54,445 bases of DNA from Candidatus Cryptobacteroides caccocaballi. GTDB lineage: Bacteria; Bacteroidota; Bacteroidia; Bacteroidales; UBA932. The notes beneath the pieces are model-generated. The model had not been told where the DNA came from and ran no database searches. It saw nothing but the letters and a program-made list of their open reading frames with translations. Below are positions 38,647-47,254 of this stretch, one piece after another. The DNA is taken from contig JAGHUQ010000072.1 in the NCBI GenBank assembly GCA_018064725.1, positions 1 to 54,445 of the forward strand, given 5' to 3'. A program made the position numbers and the translations under genes. The stretch's first letter is position 1. Every line of letters begins with the position of its first letter.

Positions 38647-40203
38647 ATGAAAAATACAAGACTTCTCATAATTGCTTCCGTCCTCATTCCGACCATCGCG
38701 TCGGCCCAGCTGCCGGACTCGCTCGCGTTGGTTCCGTCCGATGTCCCGGAGGCACTTCCCGATACCGTGCTTGTCCCGGCGGAGATTCCGTCTCTCGAGA
38801 CGATAGCAGAGCATCCAGATACCCTTACGTCGTTCCTTGAGGAAATCGTTGAGGAGACGGCCTCTTCAGAGGATACCGCTGCCGTTGCAGAGGACACTAT
38901 TGCCGTTACCGCAGACGCTTTGGTAGTTGCGGCAGACACTGCCGTTGTTGCAGAGGTACCCGTTGCAGAGGATCCCGCAGAAGACAAGGAGTCTTTGCTC
39001 GCACGCGCGGAAGCGCTCAAGGACGTATATGACTTCGCGGGTGCGCGCAGGTTATATGAGAGAGTGATTGCAGAAGAGTCGGACTCTACCGAGATTGCCA
39101 GGATAATTGCGATGAAGGTGCTCGTGGACAATGGCATGGGAATGATGGACTATGTGATGGAACCTACCGTGATCGCACGCCACCGCTTCTCGAAAAAGGA
39201 TTTCTTTCTATTCTATCCTCTCCCGGAGGGAAGCTGGGTCACTTCTCCTAACCAACTTGACCCGGACAGCGGAAAGGATATCGCGGCAATCTATGCGCCG
39301 GCAGATGCCGAGAGCTATGTCTGGTCACGCAGGGACACTGACTCAAGAAACCTCTACATCATCGAGAAGAAGGACTCCGTGTGGACTGAGCCCAAGCTTG
39401 TCAGCGAAGACTTCTCAAGCGAAGGCAATGAGATCTGGCCTGTGTTGAGCGCCGATGGCAAGAGCTTGTACTTCTCTTCCGACGGATTGTACGGAGTAGG
39501 AGGATATGACCTCTATGTGTCCAGGCTGGATGAGCGAACAGGGGAATGGGGCATGCCTGTCAACCTTGGCTTTCCTTTCTCTTCTCCGGCCGATGATTTC
39601 CTCTATATGGACACTCCTGACGAAAGATATACTGTTTTCGCGTCTAACAGGTCCTGCGACGCGGACAGCGTCGATGTCTATGTGCTGGCTTACGACCAGA
39701 TGCCTGTGCGCAAGCTTGTCGACGACCCTGTAAGACTCTGCGGCCTTGCGTCCCTCAATCCTGACGAAAGTCTCGCGAGGATGGACAATGGAGACACTAC
39801 CGAAGATGCGCTTGAGGAGAATGCCGACGTCATGAGGTACATGGCGAAGATGGAGGAGGTCCGCTCACTCCGTGATTCGCTCACTGTCGCCACGAGGGAA
39901 TTGAATGCGCTGCGTGTGGACTTCGCAACCAGCGACGATGCGGATTTCAGGGCCAGCCTCACAGAGGATATCCTCAAGAGAGAGCAGAAATTGCCCCAGT
40001 TGCAGGCCGCTTCAGCCAAGGCATTGGCCGAATTGCAGGAAATTGAACTTGACTTTTTGTTCAAAGGAGTCGTGATCGACCCGGAAAAACTTATGAAAAA
40101 GGCGGATCGTGAGGTCGTCGGAACTTCTGCGGCGTATACTTTTTCGAGGATGCAACCCGGAAAAATGCCTCTTATCGTCTTTGAGGAGCCTGAAATCGAA
40201 TGA
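38647..40203 (+). CDS. Secreted PD40 (WD40-like beta-propeller) protein with acidic repeat linker and C-terminal coiled coil
   Basis: Signal peptide ending ASAQ; PVLSADGKSLYFSSDG..GGYDLYVSR..PVNLGFPFSSPADD..FASNR PD40 motifs; start at ATG 38647. Confidence 0.75.
   Translation: MKNTRLLIIASVLIPTIASAQLPDSLALVPSDVPEALPDTVLVPAEIPSLETIAEHPDTLTSFLEEIVEETASSEDTAAVAEDTIAVTADALVVAADTAVVAEVPVAEDPAEDKESLLARAEALKDVYDFAGARRLYERVIAEESDSTEIARIIAMKVLVDNGMGMMDYVMEPTVIARHRFSKKDFFLFYPLPEGSWVTSPNQLDPDSGKDIAAIYAPADAESYVWSRRDTDSRNLYIIEKKDSVWTEPKLVSEDFSSEGNEIWPVLSADGKSLYFSSDGLYGVGGYDLYVSRLDERTGEWGMPVNLGFPFSSPADDFLYMDTPDERYTVFASNRSCDADSVDVYVLAYDQMPVRKLVDDPVRLCGLASLNPDESLARMDNGDTTEDALEENADVMRYMAKMEEVRSLRDSLTVATRELNALRVDFATSDDADFRASLTEDILKREQKLPQLQAASAKALAELQEIELDFLFKGVVIDPEKLMKKADREVVGTSAAYTFSRMQPGKMPLIVFEEPEIE
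38866..38985 (+). repeat. Degenerate 21-bp (7-aa) tandem repeats within the PD40 gene
   Basis: tcagaggataccgctgccgtt / gcagaggacactattgccgtt / accgcagacgctttggtagtt / gcggcagacactgccgttgtt, then shorter gcagag units. Confidence 0.75.
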
Positions 40204-40231
40204 TTTTAGGCTTATAGATACAAGAAATCGC

Positions 40232-40267
40232 AAAAACGGCTTTCAGGGTGTTCTGGAGGCCGTTTTT
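40232..40267. terminator. Intrinsic terminator after the PD40 gene
   Basis: AAAAACGGCTTTCAG-ggtgtt-CTGGAGGCCGTTTTT with G-U pairs. Confidence 0.8.
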
Positions 40268-40298
40268 AATTTTTGAGTTTTTGATTATTCTGGATTTC

Positions 40299-40405
40299 TC
40301 TGCGTTTTATTGAACGCTTTTCTGCGTTATCCATAAGGTTGGAATACCTTTCTGTAAGGTTGGAATACCATTCGCGAATCTGCGTTGTTCCATCGTGAAA
40401 TGCGT
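40299..40405. repeat. Phased direct repeats upstream of the small-ORF promoter
   Basis: TAAGGTTGGAATACC at 40334 and 40355 (21-bp period); TCTGCGTT at 40299, 40321 and 40379; TGCGT at 40401. Confidence 0.8.
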
Positions 40406-40407
40406 GA

Positions 40408-40439
40408 TTTGAAATTGTTTTCTTGTGGGCATACCTTCG
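40408..40439 (+). promoter_or_regulatory. Bacteroidota -33/-7 promoter
   Basis: TTTG(40408-40411)-N20-TACCTTCG(40432-40439), one mismatch from TTTG-N19/21-TAnnTTTG. Confidence 0.6.
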
Positions 40440-40498
40440 CATCGTCTTCAAAACGGAAGGCATACAGAATCAGTTTAACCCACTAAAAATTTAAAGTC

Positions 40499-40576
40499 AT
40501 GTTAATCTTCATCATCGTATCACTCGGAGCAATGGCAGGAGCGTCTTACCTTGTAAAGAATGGCTATGTCTATTAA
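40499..40576 (+). CDS. Unannotated 25-aa hydrophobic small protein MLIFIIVSLGAMAGASYLVKNGYVY
   Basis: ATG preceded by A-rich TAAAAATTTAAAGTC leader; host-like codons; single TM-length hydrophobic segment; bracketed by promoter and terminator. Below the 60-aa cut-off of the ORF track. Confidence 0.6.
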   Translation: MLIFIIVSLGAMAGASYLVKNGYVY

Positions 40577-40732
40577 TGGATATCGCCTTAACATGACATC
40601 GGCGAGAAGTAGAATTTACGTCGTGCGCACGTATAGCGCACGTACGCATTGTAACATGGAACAGGCAATTGTTTCGGGTATAACTGATTCACAATGATTC
40701 GTCAGCTCCTGAGATTGCCCTCGGAGACATGG

Positions 40733-40771
40733 AAACGGCCCCTGGAGTGATCCACAGGCCGTTTTCTATTT
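40733..40771 (+). terminator. Terminator closing the small-ORF transcript
   Basis: AAACGGCC-cc-TGGA-gtga-TCCA-ca-GGCCGTTT then TCTATTT. Confidence 0.7.
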
Positions 40772-40906
40772 CTATAAATGGTAAATATGTTCAAATTTCT
40801 TGAACGATAGTATGTTTCTTCCAGCCGTTCTTTGACGTCCCGTCTCGAATCGTTACCTTCATCGTGGTTTTTATCCTGACCAGTCTACAACTAATTTGAA
40901 ATAACC

Positions 40907-42163
40907 ATGAAAATCACAAGAATCATCATGACTTTGCTCGGCGTTGCATCATGCGTCGCAGCTGCCGCTCAGGGTGGCCGGATCGACAGGTCCACCACTT
41001 ACGGCAAACCGAAGCCGGTTTCGGACTCTGTCTACATGTCCCTTGCAGCGACCCCTCCTATGGGTTGGAACAGCTGGAACAAGCTCGGCACGAACATCAG
41101 CGAGCAGACGATCAAGGAAATCGCTGACGCAATGGTAAGCTCGGGAATGAAGGATGCCGGATACGAGTACATCGTCCTTGACGACGGATGGCAGATTGAC
41201 CGTGACTCGCTCGGCCATATAGTACCGGACCCGGACAAGTTTCCTAACGGAATGAAGGTGGTAGGGGACTATATCCATAGCCTCGGACTGAAGTTCGGCG
41301 TTTATTCGTGCGCCGGATCCAAGACCTGCCAGGGACTTCCCGGTTCAAAGGGATTCCAGTATATAGACGCCCATGATTATGCTTCATGGGGTGTCGACTA
41401 TCTCAAATATGACTGGTGTTCTTGCGACGGCCAGAATGCAATGGCTGCATACAAGACCATGTCAGAGGCGCTCAAGGCTTCCGGAAGACCTATCATCCTC
41501 AGCATATGCGAATGGGGCGAGAACAGCCCATGGGAGTGGGGCAAGGGCATCGGCCACCTCTGGAGAGTCACCCCGGACATCAGGAACGTCTTTGACTGCG
41601 TGTTTGACTGGGGTGGTGTCGGCGTGCTCAATGCCATGGACGCAGCTGCGCAGTACGCGGAATATGCCGGTCCTGGACATTGGAACGATGCCGAGATGCT
41701 CGAGGTCGGCAATGGTGGACTCAGCTACGACGAAAGCGTGACCCATTTCTCAATGTGGTGCATGCTTGCTGCTCCGCTCATGTCCGGCAACGACCTCCGC
41801 AAGATGGACAAGGAGACCATCGAAATCCTCACCAACAAGGAGGTGATTGCGGTGAACCAGGATCCGAAGGGTGTCCAGGGCATCAAGTTCATGGATATGG
41901 GAGACCGCCAGATCTGGGCGAAGCCCCTCGAGAACGGTGAGATTGCTGTCGCATTCCTGAACAGGGGAGAGCTTGACTGGAAGCTCGATTATGACTGGAA
42001 ATGGCAGACAATGTATTTTGCCAATGACGTTAACATCAGAAAATACGAATACAACATCCGAGACCTCTGGAAGCATAAGGACATCGGAACCACGGCCAAG
42101 AATCTCAAGGCTACGGTACCGTCCCACGGCGTACTGATGGTAAGACTCTCGAAGGTTGAATAA
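40907..42163 (+). CDS. Glycoside hydrolase family 27, alpha-galactosidase-like
   Basis: Signal peptide, TPPMGWNSWN, IVLDDGWQ, YLKYDWC (nucleophile), WRVTPDI (acid/base), GHWNDAEML, C-terminal melibiase domain. Confidence 0.93.
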   Translation: MKITRIIMTLLGVASCVAAAAQGGRIDRSTTYGKPKPVSDSVYMSLAATPPMGWNSWNKLGTNISEQTIKEIADAMVSSGMKDAGYEYIVLDDGWQIDRDSLGHIVPDPDKFPNGMKVVGDYIHSLGLKFGVYSCAGSKTCQGLPGSKGFQYIDAHDYASWGVDYLKYDWCSCDGQNAMAAYKTMSEALKASGRPIILSICEWGENSPWEWGKGIGHLWRVTPDIRNVFDCVFDWGGVGVLNAMDAAAQYAEYAGPGHWNDAEMLEVGNGGLSYDESVTHFSMWCMLAAPLMSGNDLRKMDKETIEILTNKEVIAVNQDPKGVQGIKFMDMGDRQIWAKPLENGEIAVAFLNRGELDWKLDYDWKWQTMYFANDVNIRKYEYNIRDLWKHKDIGTTAKNLKATVPSHGVLMVRLSKVE

Positions 42164-42180
42164 TAATAGTTATAAAAAGG

Positions 42181-42214
42181 AAAGGGGATCAGGCTGCTGC
42201 CTGGTCCCCTTTTT
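42181..42214. terminator. Bidirectional terminator
   Basis: AAAGGGGATCAGGC-tgct-GCCTGGTCCCCTTT. Confidence 0.85.
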
Positions 42215-42234
42215 CATTTATGTCTTGCTTGTCA

Positions 42235-43524
42235 TTACTCTGCAAGCCACTTCTCGAGAGTGCTGATGATCTCGTTGCGGATAGGTTCCTCGAAACTGTT
42301 GATTCTTGTTGAGTGGCTTCCGCGCTCCTTCACATAGATCCTGAGGTTTTCCTTCTTGCTTGTGTCGAGCCACTCGCATACGCCTGATGCGCTCCAAGGG
42401 TCGATGCCGCCATAGATGTAGATCATCTTAGGGTCGTTCTTCTTCAGGAACTTCACCACGTGCTTGTAGAGAGTCTTGTCGAACTTGATGTGCTGCTCTT
42501 CGCCTCCGAGCATCACGCGGCGGAGATAGTCCTTATGGCTCTTGACGGATGTGAGGCCCTTGAACGGAGTGATGTCGTAGCCGTAATATCCGATCTCGCG
42601 TGCGGCCTGTACGTTGAATGAATAGTATGGGGTCTGGACTGCGAAATAGTCAGGCTCATTCTTTCCGATGAGATATGCGCTGAGGGTTGCGTCGTCCGAG
42701 TCGAGGGCAGGAATCTCGTCAACGGATGATCCCCACTGCCACATTGCGAAAGGATACTCGGCCACGCAGAGGTCGAAGATCTCCTCGACAGGGACGCGGA
42801 ATTCGTACTTCTTCTCCTCACAATGCTTCTTGAACATAGGCACGAGGGTGGCCCTTCTCTTGAGAATCTCGGTCTGGAAGGCCTCGATCTTCGCCCTTTC
42901 CTCAGGAGTTCCTACGAGCTTCGAGAGGAAGATCTCGTGTCTTCCGTCCTCGAGTGCCTTGTTGAGCGGAGCTACATACGGTACTGAGATGTCCACGTCG
43001 TCCGGGTAGTATGACCTGTAGAACATGGTGGTCTGACCGCCCTTGCTGATTCCGGTAGATATCCATTTGCCCTTGTAGAGCTGGCCGAAGGTCTCGCGCA
43101 CGTTGTGGAGGTCGGCGAGAGAGTTTGCCACGGTGAGCTGGTCCCAGTCGCATGGATCAGGGAAGGACTCGCCGAAGTAGCGATACTCCACGAAGACGAT
43201 GTTGGTGTTGAAAAGCTTTGCGAGCTCATCCATGTATCGTGGGTTGAGCGCATATGTGGCCCAATAGCCTTCGGTTACGAGGACGGTCGGACGGTCGAAT
43301 CCTGCGTGGCAGACGATGACCCTCTGCTCGAAGGTGCCTTTGTCCTGCTTCTTCTGGTCCACCTGCTGATTGATGGTGACCACATATTTCTCAGGGAAGA
43401 GCTCGGTCTCGAGCTGCTGTACGCTGGTTATGCCCGGAAGGGCCTTGAGCTTGGGTGCAAGCTCCTGTGCGTTCATCGCGACCGCGATGAGGACCGCGAA
43501 GAAGATGGAAAATATTCTTTTCAT
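42235..43524 (-). CDS. Secreted serine aminopeptidase, alpha/beta-hydrolase (S28/S37-like)
   Basis: Signal peptide, TFEQRV, VEYRYFGES, WISTGISKGG nucleophile elbow, YIYGGIDPWS, GSH; start at ATG 43524. Confidence 0.8.
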   Translation of the reverse strand: MKRIFSIFFAVLIAVAMNAQELAPKLKALPGITSVQQLETELFPEKYVVTINQQVDQKKQDKGTFEQRVIVCHAGFDRPTVLVTEGYWATYALNPRYMDELAKLFNTNIVFVEYRYFGESFPDPCDWDQLTVANSLADLHNVRETFGQLYKGKWISTGISKGGQTTMFYRSYYPDDVDISVPYVAPLNKALEDGRHEIFLSKLVGTPEERAKIEAFQTEILKRRATLVPMFKKHCEEKKYEFRVPVEEIFDLCVAEYPFAMWQWGSSVDEIPALDSDDATLSAYLIGKNEPDYFAVQTPYYSFNVQAAREIGYYGYDITPFKGLTSVKSHKDYLRRVMLGGEEQHIKFDKTLYKHVVKFLKKNDPKMIYIYGGIDPWSASGVCEWLDTSKKENLRIYVKERGSHSTRINSFEEPIRNEIISTLEKWLAE

Positions 43525-43593
43525 GGTTGTTTGATTATCTGCACGCAAAGTTAAGCCTTTTTGCCGGAGGAAGCAAAGTGATGCCGCAATAAC

Positions 43594-43626
43594 AAAAAAG
43601 CCCTACAGCTTACTGCAGGGCTTTTT
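43594..43626 (-). terminator. Terminator after tRNA-Ser
   Basis: AAAAAAGCCCTACAG-ctta-CTGCAGGGCTTTTT immediately 3' of the tRNA. Confidence 0.8.
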
Positions 43627-43628
43627 CG

Positions 43629-43715
43629 CGGTGAGGACGAGATTCGAACTCGTGGTACGGTTACCCGTACGGCAGTTTAGCAAACTGCTGGTTTCAGCCA
43701 CTCACCCACCTCACC
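43629..43715 (-). tRNA. tRNA-Ser(GCT)
   Basis: GGTGAGGTGGGTGAGTGGCTGAAACCAGCAGTTTGCTAAACTGCCGTACGGGTAACCGTACCACGAGTTCGAATCTCGTCCTCACCG: acceptor GGTGAGG/CCTCACC, anticodon loop TTGCTAA, long variable arm, GTTCGAAT T-loop; CCA not encoded. Confidence 0.96.
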
Positions 43716-43810
43716 AGTAGGTCCCGAGCTGAAGCCTGTCGGCCAAACGGGAATGCAAATATAGAAAAGTTTTTATTAAATTTGTGTGTTGCGCTTAAAA
43801 AAGTATAAAA

Positions 43811-44302
43811 ATGGGCAATATGACATTCATAATCCTGCTCATGATAGCGGGAATTCTTTTCCTGGTAGCAGAACTTCTCATCGTTCCAGGCGTAGGCTTC
43901 GCCGGCTTCTTCGGGCTCGCTTCCATGATCGGAGCCTCGTATTTTTCGTTCTCCCAGATGGGACCGACGGTCGGCGCGATAGTGACGGCCATAGAGATCG
44001 CGGTCGTGATTGCCGTCACGGTCTATGCGCTTCGCGAGAAGACCTGGCAGAAACTTGCTCTCAAGACCAACATCGAGTCCAAGATCTCCGATGCCAGCGT
44101 GGAGGTCAGAATCGGTCAGACCGGCCACGCTGAGACTCGTCTGGCTCCTATGGGAACGGCACGTTTCGACGGCGTCGCTGTCGAGGTCAAGGCGATGCAG
44201 GGCATCATCGATGCCGGTACCGAGATCGTTATCACGCTCATCGAAGACAAGAAGATTTATGTCAAGCCTGTCGAGGACCAGGCATTTCACAAGCAAAACT
44301 AA
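43811..44302 (+). CDS. NfeD-like membrane protein (YqeZ-type, flotillin partner)
   Basis: N-terminal TMs AELLIVPGVGFAG; C-terminal OB fold IGQTGHAETRLAPMGTARFDG..IDAGTEI. Confidence 0.85.
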   Translation: MGNMTFIILLMIAGILFLVAELLIVPGVGFAGFFGLASMIGASYFSFSQMGPTVGAIVTAIEIAVVIAVTVYALREKTWQKLALKTNIESKISDASVEVRIGQTGHAETRLAPMGTARFDGVAVEVKAMQGIIDAGTEIVITLIEDKKIYVKPVEDQAFHKQN

Positions 44303-44314
44303 AGACAAATCAAT

Positions 44315-45271
44315 ATGGATCCATTCATGTTCATCGTGTGGGCCGGCATAGGAGTAGTCGGCCTCCTCATCCTCCTCTGGTTCTTCCCAGTGGCACTCTG
44401 GTTCCAGGCTCTCATCTCTGGAGTCCGCATCTCTCTGATCCAGCTCGTCCTCATGAGATGGAGAGGAGTATCTCCTAACGTCATCGTGATGGCGATGGTT
44501 ACCGGAACCAAGGCCGGTCTCAACCTCAAGGCAAACGAGCTCGAGGCCCACTATCTTGCCAAGGGCCATGTTCCGAAGGTCATCAATGCGCTCATCTCTG
44601 CCGACAAGGCGAACATCCCTCTCGATTTCAAGATGGCAGCTGCAATCGATCTTGCCGGCCGTGACGTGTTCGAGGCCGTTCAGATGTCCGTGAACCCTAA
44701 GGTCATCAACACCCCTCCTGTCACCGCTGTGGCAAAGGATGGTATCCAGCTCGTGGCCAAGGCCCGCGTTACCGTGCGTGCGAACATCAAGCAGCTCGTC
44801 GGTGGTGCAGGCGAAGAGACCGTTCTCGCCCGCGTAGGTGAGGGCATCGTCTCCAGCATCGGTTCGGCAGGCAGCCATAAGGAAGTGCTCGAGAACCCTG
44901 ATTCGATCTCCAAGGTCGTGCTCAGCAAGGGCCTCGATGCCGGTACTGCATTCGAGATCCTCTCTATCGACATCGCTGACATAGACGTGGGTAAGAATAT
45001 CGGTGCCGTTCTCCAGATGGATCAGGCTGAGGCAGACAAGAACATCGCCCAGGCCCGTGCCGAGGAGCGTCGTGCAATGGCTGTCGCCCTCGAGCAGGAG
45101 AACAAGGCGAAGGCTCAGGAAGCGCGCGCGAAGGTGATCGAGGCGGAGGCAGAGGTTCCGCTCGCAATGGCAGAGGCTTTCCGTAACGGCAATCTCGGCA
45201 TCATGGATTACTATAAGATGAAGAACGTGCAGGCGGATACCGCGATGCGCGATTCTATCTCAAAGCAGTAG
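44315..45271 (+). CDS. floA: Flotillin-like protein FloA (YqfA/UPF0365)
   Basis: [66 protein letters not shown]. Confidence 0.93.
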   Translation: MDPFMFIVWAGIGVVGLLILLWFFPVALWFQALISGVRISLIQLVLMRWRGVSPNVIVMAMVTGTKAGLNLKANELEAHYLAKGHVPKVINALISADKANIPLDFKMAAAIDLAGRDVFEAVQMSVNPKVINTPPVTAVAKDGIQLVAKARVTVRANIKQLVGGAGEETVLARVGEGIVSSIGSAGSHKEVLENPDSISKVVLSKGLDAGTAFEILSIDIADIDVGKNIGAVLQMDQAEADKNIAQARAEERRAMAVALEQENKAKAQEARAKVIEAEAEVPLAMAEAFRNGNLGIMDYYKMKNVQADTAMRDSISKQ

Positions 45272-45290
45272 GATACCCGCAACCGCAATA

Positions 45291-45320
45291 AAAAAGTCCC
45301 GCATCTCTGCGGGACTTTTT
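45291..45320. terminator. Bidirectional terminator
   Basis: AAAAAGTCCCGCA-tctc-TGCGGGACTTTTT perfect stem. Confidence 0.88.
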
Positions 45321-45341
45321 CATATATGCATGTCTGAAATC

Positions 45342-46199
45342 CTAGTCATGGGTATAGAGGTTGACCTTCTTGTGCATGCTGACCTGCTCGTCAGTCTCTG
45401 GGAAATACTGAGCGAGGAATGCATAGAAGCGTGGGTCATAAGCCTTGAGGTCCTCACGGGTGTTCACCCAGTTGTGCTTGCCGTCAGGCTTCTCTACCTC
45501 TGCATTGACATTGAACCAGTCCTGAACGCCTTCTGCCCAATACTCTTCGATGTTTGAGCCCATGTAGGTGCCCTTGTACTTGCCCTCTGCGAGAGCCTGG
45601 TCGAGGAGTGAGCGAAGCTGGTCGTTGATCTCAGGATGGGCCTGAACCATGCCGATGAGGTGGATAGAGTGTGCGAACTCATGCATCATGATGTCCTCTG
45701 CATGGTACTTGTCGATCTGGTATGCGAGGATGTTCTCCTCTGCGCATGTAGAGAGCGGAAGCTCGAGGTCTCCGCCGAGTCCGCGTGCACGTACGTCCCA
45801 GTTGAGGGTGGTGTCCCTTACTAGCATTGCGTGCTCAGGGATATCGGTGGTACCTTCGTACCTTGCCATGATTCCGACGCGGGTATTGACCTTGACCATT
45901 GCAGCGAGGACGTCCTCAGGAAGGTAGCTGGTCATTGCGTAGAGCACCTTGTGTGCCTGTACGAAGCATGAATCCGGAACTCTCCAGCCTGACATGAGGT
46001 GGATTCCGTTTACGTTGGAGTACTTCTTGTAGAAGTCTGAGAGGCCGAGTTCTTCCTTGAGTTCTGCAGGTACTGCAGTGATGACGCACTCAGGATACTC
46101 GATGCTGGACTTTGCAGGTGCTTCAGCCTGCTTTGGCGCCTGATTGCAGCTTGCGACGAGTGCAGCAGCGGCGAGGGCAAATACGAGGATACGTTTCAT
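45342..46199 (-). CDS. Lipoprotein zinc metallopeptidase (HExxH gluzincin-like)
   Basis: Lipobox LVASC; HEFAH followed by EEYWAEGVQ; RARGLGG motif. Confidence 0.75.
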   Translation of the reverse strand: MKRILVFALAAAALVASCNQAPKQAEAPAKSSIEYPECVITAVPAELKEELGLSDFYKKYSNVNGIHLMSGWRVPDSCFVQAHKVLYAMTSYLPEDVLAAMVKVNTRVGIMARYEGTTDIPEHAMLVRDTTLNWDVRARGLGGDLELPLSTCAEENILAYQIDKYHAEDIMMHEFAHSIHLIGMVQAHPEINDQLRSLLDQALAEGKYKGTYMGSNIEEYWAEGVQDWFNVNAEVEKPDGKHNWVNTREDLKAYDPRFYAFLAQYFPETDEQVSMHKKVNLYTHD

Positions 46200-46250
46200 C
46201 TTGCGTTGTAATTAGTGTGTTTTTTCTGGTGCAAATGTAGATATAAAAAG

Positions 46251-46281
46251 AAAAACCGCCCTAATTCAATGGACGGTTTTT
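46251..46281 (-). terminator. Terminator after secG
   Basis: AAAAACCGCCC..GGACGGTTTTT. Confidence 0.7.
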
Positions 46282-46305
46282 AACTCTTTCATTCAGTTCC
46301 GTTGA

Positions 46306-46650
46306 TTACTCAGCTTCGCTTGGGTTCTCCATTGGGAGCGGTGCAGCCTGAAAATCAGGAGTTGCAGGGAGCTCGGTGTTGATTACCTGATCGGTAACGT
46401 CAACGTCAGCCTTCTTTGAACTGCCAGCGGTGAATGCTGAAGCGATTGAGAGAACAAGGATGATAGCCACGAGCCACCAGGTGATCTTCTCGAGGAGGTC
46501 GGCGGTCTGACGTACACCGAAGGTCTGGTTGCCGGCTGCGAAGTTGCTAGCGAGTCCGCCACCCTTACCGTTCTGGAGCAATACGACGATTGTAAGGAGC
46601 ACTGCTGCGATGAGTACGAGTACTGTCAGAATGATAAACAATGCATTCAT
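46306..46650 (-). CDS. secG: Preprotein translocase subunit SecG
   Basis: Two TMs flanking VLLQNGKGGGLASNF..LLEKITW. Confidence 0.95.
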   Translation of the reverse strand: MNALFIILTVLVLIAAVLLTIVVLLQNGKGGGLASNFAAGNQTFGVRQTADLLEKITWWLVAIILVLSIASAFTAGSSKKADVDVTDQVINTELPATPDFQAAPLPMENPSEAE

Positions 46651-46656
46651 GATATA

Positions 46657-47253
46657 TTACAATTTTTGATTTTCTAGGTTCAATTTCTCAATAAGGGCTG
46701 CAAAGTAAACATTTTTTTCCGGATATGCCAAAATTAGTTTGGAATATATGTCTTTAGCCTGCTCCGGATATCCCTGTTCAGCATATATTTGCGCGAGAGT
46801 CTCGGTGCACAGGTCGAACTCCGGACCGGGTCCGTCCTGAGCCGTCGGAGCATCCTGCCCCTTTCCTGCGACTGCATATCCTGAGAAGATGTTGTCATCG
46901 CTTCGACGTACCTTCTCGTACTCTGCCTGGCTGAAGTAATCTCCGCCCGCGACGATGACCCTCGGCTTGCTTACCTCCTGCTTCACCGGTTCCGGCTTCA
47001 TGCATCGGTCGAGTATCTCTGCAATGTTCTTGTCAGAGCAATCCTCTCCCTGGACCTTCCTCAGAAGGCTTGCGAGGACCTTCCTGTCACTTAGGTACAT
47101 TGCCGCCTCACCGTATTGGCTCACGCCCCAGTCGCCCATGGTGCAGAGCCTCTCGCAGAGTTCTTTCCTCGCGATGCTGAACCAAGGGTAAATGTTCACG
47201 ACTCCAACCAGTTCCTGAAGGTTGAGCTTCTTTATGTCAATGTATCCTTCCAT
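46657..47253 (-). CDS. Conserved hypothetical protein with C-terminal TPR-like motif
   Basis: YPWFS N-terminal motif and TETLAQIYAEQG..LILAYPEKNVYFA C-terminus, typical of the Bacteroidota gene between lptE and secG. Confidence 0.75.
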   Translation of the reverse strand: MEGYIDIKKLNLQELVGVVNIYPWFSIARKELCERLCTMGDWGVSQYGEAAMYLSDRKVLASLLRKVQGEDCSDKNIAEILDRCMKPEPVKQEVSKPRVIVAGGDYFSQAEYEKVRRSDDNIFSGYAVAGKGQDAPTAQDGPGPEFDLCTETLAQIYAEQGYPEQAKDIYSKLILAYPEKNVYFAALIEKLNLENQKL

Positions 47254-47254
47254 T

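Noticed and set aside
40334-40369. Direct repeats as a mini-CRISPR
   Set aside because: Only two 15-bp copies with a 6-bp spacer, and no cas genes
40266-40463. 65-aa minus-strand ORF with YSNL repeats
   Set aside because: The peptide repeat only mirrors the 21-bp DNA repeat; it overlaps a terminator and a promoter
40593-40697. Second small ORF (MTSARSRIYVVRTYSARTHCNMEQAIVSGITDSQ) after the peptide gene
   Set aside because: No A-rich initiation context; overlaps predicted RNA structure
43560-43715. tRNA-Ser as an integration site
   Set aside because: No integrase, and I saw no duplicated tRNA 3' end; a normal terminator follows directly
43694-44878. 394-aa antisense ORF over nfeD/floA
   Set aside because: Overlaps two well-supported genes and ends inside the tRNA
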